Of a stretch of DNA of 57,224 nt, positions 52,309-57,224 are shown one piece after another. Positions within the stretch are counted from its first letter, which is position 1. Every line of letters starts with the position of its first letter. A program made the translations under genes and the position numbers. Source of the stretch: Armatimonadetes bacterium JP3_11 (lineage in GTDB: Bacteria > Armatimonadota > Fimbriimonadia > Fimbriimonadales > GBS-DC); contig NKPV01000002.1 in the NCBI GenBank assembly GCA_002254605.1, positions 1 to 57,224 on the forward strand. Reading direction: 5' to 3'. The notes under the pieces were generated by a model, which worked only from the letters and a program-made list of their open reading frames with translations, ran no database searches and had not been told where the DNA came from.

Positions 52309-52884
52309 TTAGTTGTTCCATAAAAACGGCTCTTCATCTAACTCAGGCGGTACGATGCGCTGGATAAGCCAGTAAGCAGGTATCGCCAATCCTATATTAT
52401 ACACCATGCTCCACAGGGTTCCCTGCCAAAATGCGCTGCCCGCCACCGTCGGTGCGGCAAGGTAGAGCATCCCTTGCGCCAGAAAGGTCAGTGCGATAAC
52501 CGCTGGAACCACGCTGAGCCAATGCCGCTTCGAGAGCCACAGCGGGAGGTAGGCGACGGCAGTCGCCGCCAGCGTGCGACTGATAATCAGGCTACCGACG
52601 GTTTGCTCCAGCATGCTGGCGTGGAGCAACCCTGTTAAAAAGCCCGCCCACGCCGCCGTGTTCGGATTCGTAAGGAGCGCTAAGCAAGCCAGTACAATCA
52701 GGGGAAAATCGGGCGTCGCCATGCCAATCCGCAGGCTACTTGCCCAGACGCCCTGCATCACTATCGCGGTGACCACCAACAGCACCCACCGAGCCACACG
52801 CCCCCAACTGCCTGAAAGCAGTAGGCGCGTGAGCCAGTGCAGTTGCACACGATCGTAGCGGTAGTGCAGCTTGCTAATAGACAA
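52309..52884 (-). CDS. mreD: Rod shape-determining protein MreD
   Basis: Polytopic small membrane protein directly downstream of mreC with an MreD-like profile (PDFPLIVLACLAL...GFLTGLL). The start is uncertain (TTG 52884 or a downstream GTG). Confidence 0.65.
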   Translation of the reverse strand: MSISKLHYRYDRVQLHWLTRLLLSGSWGRVARWVLLVVTAIVMQGVWASSLRIGMATPDFPLIVLACLALLTNPNTAAWAGFLTGLLHASMLEQTVGSLIISRTLAATAVAYLPLWLSKRHWLSVVPAVIALTFLAQGMLYLAAPTVAGSAFWQGTLWSMVYNIGLAIPAYWLIQRIVPPELDEEPFLWNN

Positions 52885-52972
52885 AGCCCTCCATTACAAG
52901 TATACTCCATGGGGAAACGGCTCGTTTTAGGATCCCATCGCGTTTTGGAAGCTGTGGAGCGGACGCCATCGC

Positions 52973-53782
52973 TTATTTCCCGCGCTTGACGAGTGCGACG
53001 CTAAACCGCTCAATCTCGACCGCTGGGCGTACCCATGCCTTCTTCACGGAGTATTGCCGATCATACCAGACCTGCTCCACAACCCCTATCGTTAGGTTCG
53101 GCGGATACTTGCCTCCCAGTCCCGCCGTCACCACTTGATCGCCCACCTGCAAGGGTGCATCGGGAGGGATGAAGTTCAGGAGCAGCCTATTTTCGCCGCG
53201 CCCTTCACAAACGCCTATGCTGACTTTTTGTGCGTTCAGCACTTTCGCGCTGACCGCCATGCGCGGCGCGGTCAGCCCCCGAACAATCGATGCGTTGGCG
53301 TCGGCGCGCTCCACAACACCGATCAACCCTTCACCTGCCACAACGGGCGCACCTGCCAGCACCCCGTCCCGCACCCCCCGATCGATAACTATAGTCTGCT
53401 GACCTGGCTGGGGGTAGGTTGCTATAATCCGGCAACCGATCCACTCGTTGGGCAATCGAGCGCGTAAATTCAGCAAATTGCGTAGAGATTCGTTCTCAGA
53501 TTCAAGCGCCTTGAGCCGCTCCAGTTCCTGTTTGAGCAGGGCGTTTTCGGTGACCAGGTTCTCGTGGTCGCGCAGCGCCTTATGTGCTTGCGTGAGTGTG
53601 GCGAAGAACTGTTGGGCGCCTTCCGTCGCCGCATGGGCGCCCCGTTGCACGGGCAGAATCCACCCGCGGATTAGTGCCGTGAGGGGATTGACTTCGCCGT
53701 GATGCACGCGCTGATTATGATAGACGCCCAGAATCAGCCCCAGCGCCGCCAGAATCAGCCATGTCCAGCGACGGCGTTTCAT
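52973..53782 (-). CDS. mreC: Rod shape-determining protein MreC
   Basis: N-terminal TM, a coiled coil (ENALLKQELERLKALESENESLRNLL), then beta domains ending GDQVVTAGLGGKYPPNLTIG. Confidence 0.85.
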   Translation of the reverse strand: MKRRRWTWLILAALGLILGVYHNQRVHHGEVNPLTALIRGWILPVQRGAHAATEGAQQFFATLTQAHKALRDHENLVTENALLKQELERLKALESENESLRNLLNLRARLPNEWIGCRIIATYPQPGQQTIVIDRGVRDGVLAGAPVVAGEGLIGVVERADANASIVRGLTAPRMAVSAKVLNAQKVSIGVCEGRGENRLLLNFIPPDAPLQVGDQVVTAGLGGKYPPNLTIGVVEQVWYDRQYSVKKAWVRPAVEIERFSVALVKRGK

Positions 53783-53788
53783 AGGGGC

Positions 53789-55374
<1,586 letters not shown>

Positions 55375-55376
55375 GC

Positions 55377-55799
55377 GTGGCGTTGCCCATCGAAACAGTA
55401 GAGCGCTGCCTGCAGTTGATGAGCCACTACCATCTGCAGGAGCTGGAGATTGCGGCGGAGGGCGTGCGGATACATATTGAACGCGCGGATGCTCCCGTTG
55501 CCCCTGCCGTCGCGGCGGTGCAACCGCCCCAACCCCCTGCCGCGGAGACGCCGAACTGGGTTCCCATCGAATCGCCTATGACGGGGATGTTCTATCGCGG
55601 TCCTTCGCCGAGTGAGCCGCCCTATGTGGAAGAGGGCGACCTCGTATACGAGGGGCAAACGATTGGACTGATTGAGGCGATGAAGGTGTTCAATGAGATT
55701 CCCGCGCCGATGACGGGCGTGGTACGGCGCATCGTGGCGCAGAACGCGAGCCTTGTGCAACAAGGCGAAGTGCTGATGCTCCTGGAGCCGCCCGAATGA
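55377..55799 (+). CDS. accB: Biotin carboxyl carrier protein of acetyl-CoA carboxylase
   Basis: Pro/Ala linker, SPMTGMFYR.PSP, and the biotinyl-lysine motif IEAMKVFNEI. Confidence 0.85.
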   Translation: MALPIETVERCLQLMSHYHLQELEIAAEGVRIHIERADAPVAPAVAAVQPPQPPAAETPNWVPIESPMTGMFYRGPSPSEPPYVEEGDLVYEGQTIGLIEAMKVFNEIPAPMTGVVRRIVAQNASLVQQGEVLMLLEPPE

Positions 55800-57076
55800 G
55801 GAAGGTCGTCCGACTCTCGGTTCTCGGCGCGGGCACCGTGGGCGGGGGCGTATTGACCCTGCTTCGGGAAAACGCCGACCTTCTGGAAGCCCAAACAGGC
55901 AAACGATTCGAGGTGCGCCATGTGCTGGTGCGCGACCTGAGTAAGCCCCGCGCTGTTGCGGTACCCCCCAAACTATTAACCACCAACCCCCAAACTGCCC
56001 TGTGCGACCCTAAGGTGGACATCGTGCTGGAGCTGATGGGTGGGCTGGAGCCTGCTCGCACGCTGATACGCGACGCGTTGCAATCCGGCAAGCATGTGAT
56101 TACCGCGAACAAGCTCGTGATGGCGGTTTCAGGCGATGAGCTGATTCGCGTGGCGCAGCGGCACGGCGTGCGCCTCCTGTACGAGGCGAGCGTGGCGGGC
56201 AGCCTGCCGATCCTAAACGCGCTCCAAGGCTCGCTTGCGGGCAACCGCATCAATCGCGTGGTGGGCATCGTGAACAGTACAACCAACTTCATCCTGCGCG
56301 AGATGGAACGCGCGGTCGATGCGGGCGAACCTGCAGAGACCGCCTACAACACCGCCCTGCGCAAAGCGCAGGAACTTGGCTACGCGGAAGCCGCCCCCAG
56401 CAGCGATGTGGAAGGCTACGACGCACAGTATAAAACCGCTATCCTGGCTCGATTGGCGTTCCTCCAATATGTGCCGCTGGAGAGCGTCTATCGCGAGGGA
56501 ATCAGCCACCTGAGCGGACGCGACCTTCTGTGGGCGAAACGGCTGAATATGGGGCTGAAACTGCTGAGCATCTCTGAACGCTTGCCCGATGGTCGGCTCT
56601 GCGCCCGCGTCCATCCGACTTTGATTCCGCGCGACTGTCCGTTGTATCTGGTGCGTGGAGCGTTCAGCGGCGTGTGGTTGCAAGGCAACGGCTTTCAAGA
56701 GATGTCGCTCCATGGGTTCGGTGCAGGAGCGCTCGCCACAGCCAGCGCGGTCGTCGGCGACCTGATCGAAGTTGCTCGCCATCCTAAGCCTCTGCGCCTT
56801 GAAGACCCCTCCCTGCGTCCCGGTGAAACCGCCCCCATCGAATCGCTCACGATGCGCTATTTCGTCCGATTGAGCGCACCCAGCGAAGACGCCCTGCGCG
56901 CCTTGCGCGAGCCGTTGCAAACGCTTGGCGCAGAGTTCCACCCCTCCGAAACACTGCAACAGGGAATTGAACAGGTTGCGCTGACCCCACCCCTAAACGA
57001 GGGCGAGTTTCAAACGGTTATGACGCGCCTGCGCGAGCAGGAAAATGGGCAGGTACAGGTGATACGGTTCCTCTGA
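55796..57076 (+). CDS. hom: Homoserine dehydrogenase with a C-terminal ACT domain
   Basis: LGAGTVGGGV, HVITANK, and 426 aa. ATGA overlap with accB. Confidence 0.9.
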   Translation: MRKVVRLSVLGAGTVGGGVLTLLRENADLLEAQTGKRFEVRHVLVRDLSKPRAVAVPPKLLTTNPQTALCDPKVDIVLELMGGLEPARTLIRDALQSGKHVITANKLVMAVSGDELIRVAQRHGVRLLYEASVAGSLPILNALQGSLAGNRINRVVGIVNSTTNFILREMERAVDAGEPAETAYNTALRKAQELGYAEAAPSSDVEGYDAQYKTAILARLAFLQYVPLESVYREGISHLSGRDLLWAKRLNMGLKLLSISERLPDGRLCARVHPTLIPRDCPLYLVRGAFSGVWLQGNGFQEMSLHGFGAGALATASAVVGDLIEVARHPKPLRLEDPSLRPGETAPIESLTMRYFVRLSAPSEDALRALREPLQTLGAEFHPSETLQQGIEQVALTPPLNEGEFQTVMTRLREQENGQVQVIRFL

Positions 57077-57113
57077 TTTAAGTATTGGCGCTGCGATTTA
57101 CCGTTCATAGCCC

Positions 57114-57224
57114 CTACCCTGCCATCTGCACAATCCACCAGATCCAGGGTGCGCTGAACAGGAAACTATCAAACCGATCTAATACGCCCCCGTGCCCAGG
57201 CAAAATGCCCCCAAAGTCCTTGAC
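57114..57224 (-). CDS. cdsA: Phosphatidate cytidylyltransferase, 3' end (5' part beyond the window)
   Basis: The minus strand reads [36 protein letters not shown], the CdsA C-terminal signature K.D.G...PGHGG..DR.DS. Confidence 0.8.
   Translation of the reverse strand, partial: VKDFGGILPGHGGVLDRFDSFLFSAPWIWWIVQMAG

Overview
This is a 57.2 kb bacterial chromosomal segment, about 60% G+C by eye and densely coded. It is mostly housekeeping. I saw no rRNA, tRNA, CRISPR array, integrase or intact IS element.

Recognisable core genes:
- a ba3-type (B-family) cytochrome oxidase operon (subunit IIa micro-ORF, subunit II, subunit I, SCO1/SenC) followed by an Rrf2 regulator
- ilvC, rho, plsC
- a split glycine-cleavage set: gcvPB plus a lipoate ligase on the minus strand, gcvH-gcvPA on the plus strand
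- gyrB and gyrA, tkt, mgtE, hemW, gdhA, mreBCD, accB, hom, and a partial cdsA

Accessory or unusual content:
1. The extreme 5' end is the tip of an Rhs polymorphic-toxin locus. It holds the Rhs core end with a glycine-zipper C-terminal module, and that frame stays open through two in-frame TGA codons. Next come a ~34% G+C multi-TM candidate immunity gene and an orphan Rhs core fragment.
2. A lone Pup-ligase/deamidase (PafA/Dop) homologue has no pup, proteasome or mpa neighbours.
3. A family-B DNA polymerase carries archaeal-style motifs.
4. A translationally coupled MoxR-DUF58 operon is extended by an Enzyme-I-like protein that has lost the phospho-His and other catalytic residues. Its usual DUF4129/DUF4350 partner genes lie 25 kb away on the other strand.
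5. A secreted double-propeller BNR protein ends in a tandem dockerin repeat.
6. There is an orphan D12-class adenine methyltransferase.

A recurrent (A)GGTA(T/C)A(A/C)T -10 element marks most transcription units, and several genes look leaderless or nearly so.

All functional calls come from by-eye motif recognition; no database search was possible. I found no single compelling undescribed multi-gene system. The Rhs tip and the MoxR-DUF58-EI-like operon are the best leads.
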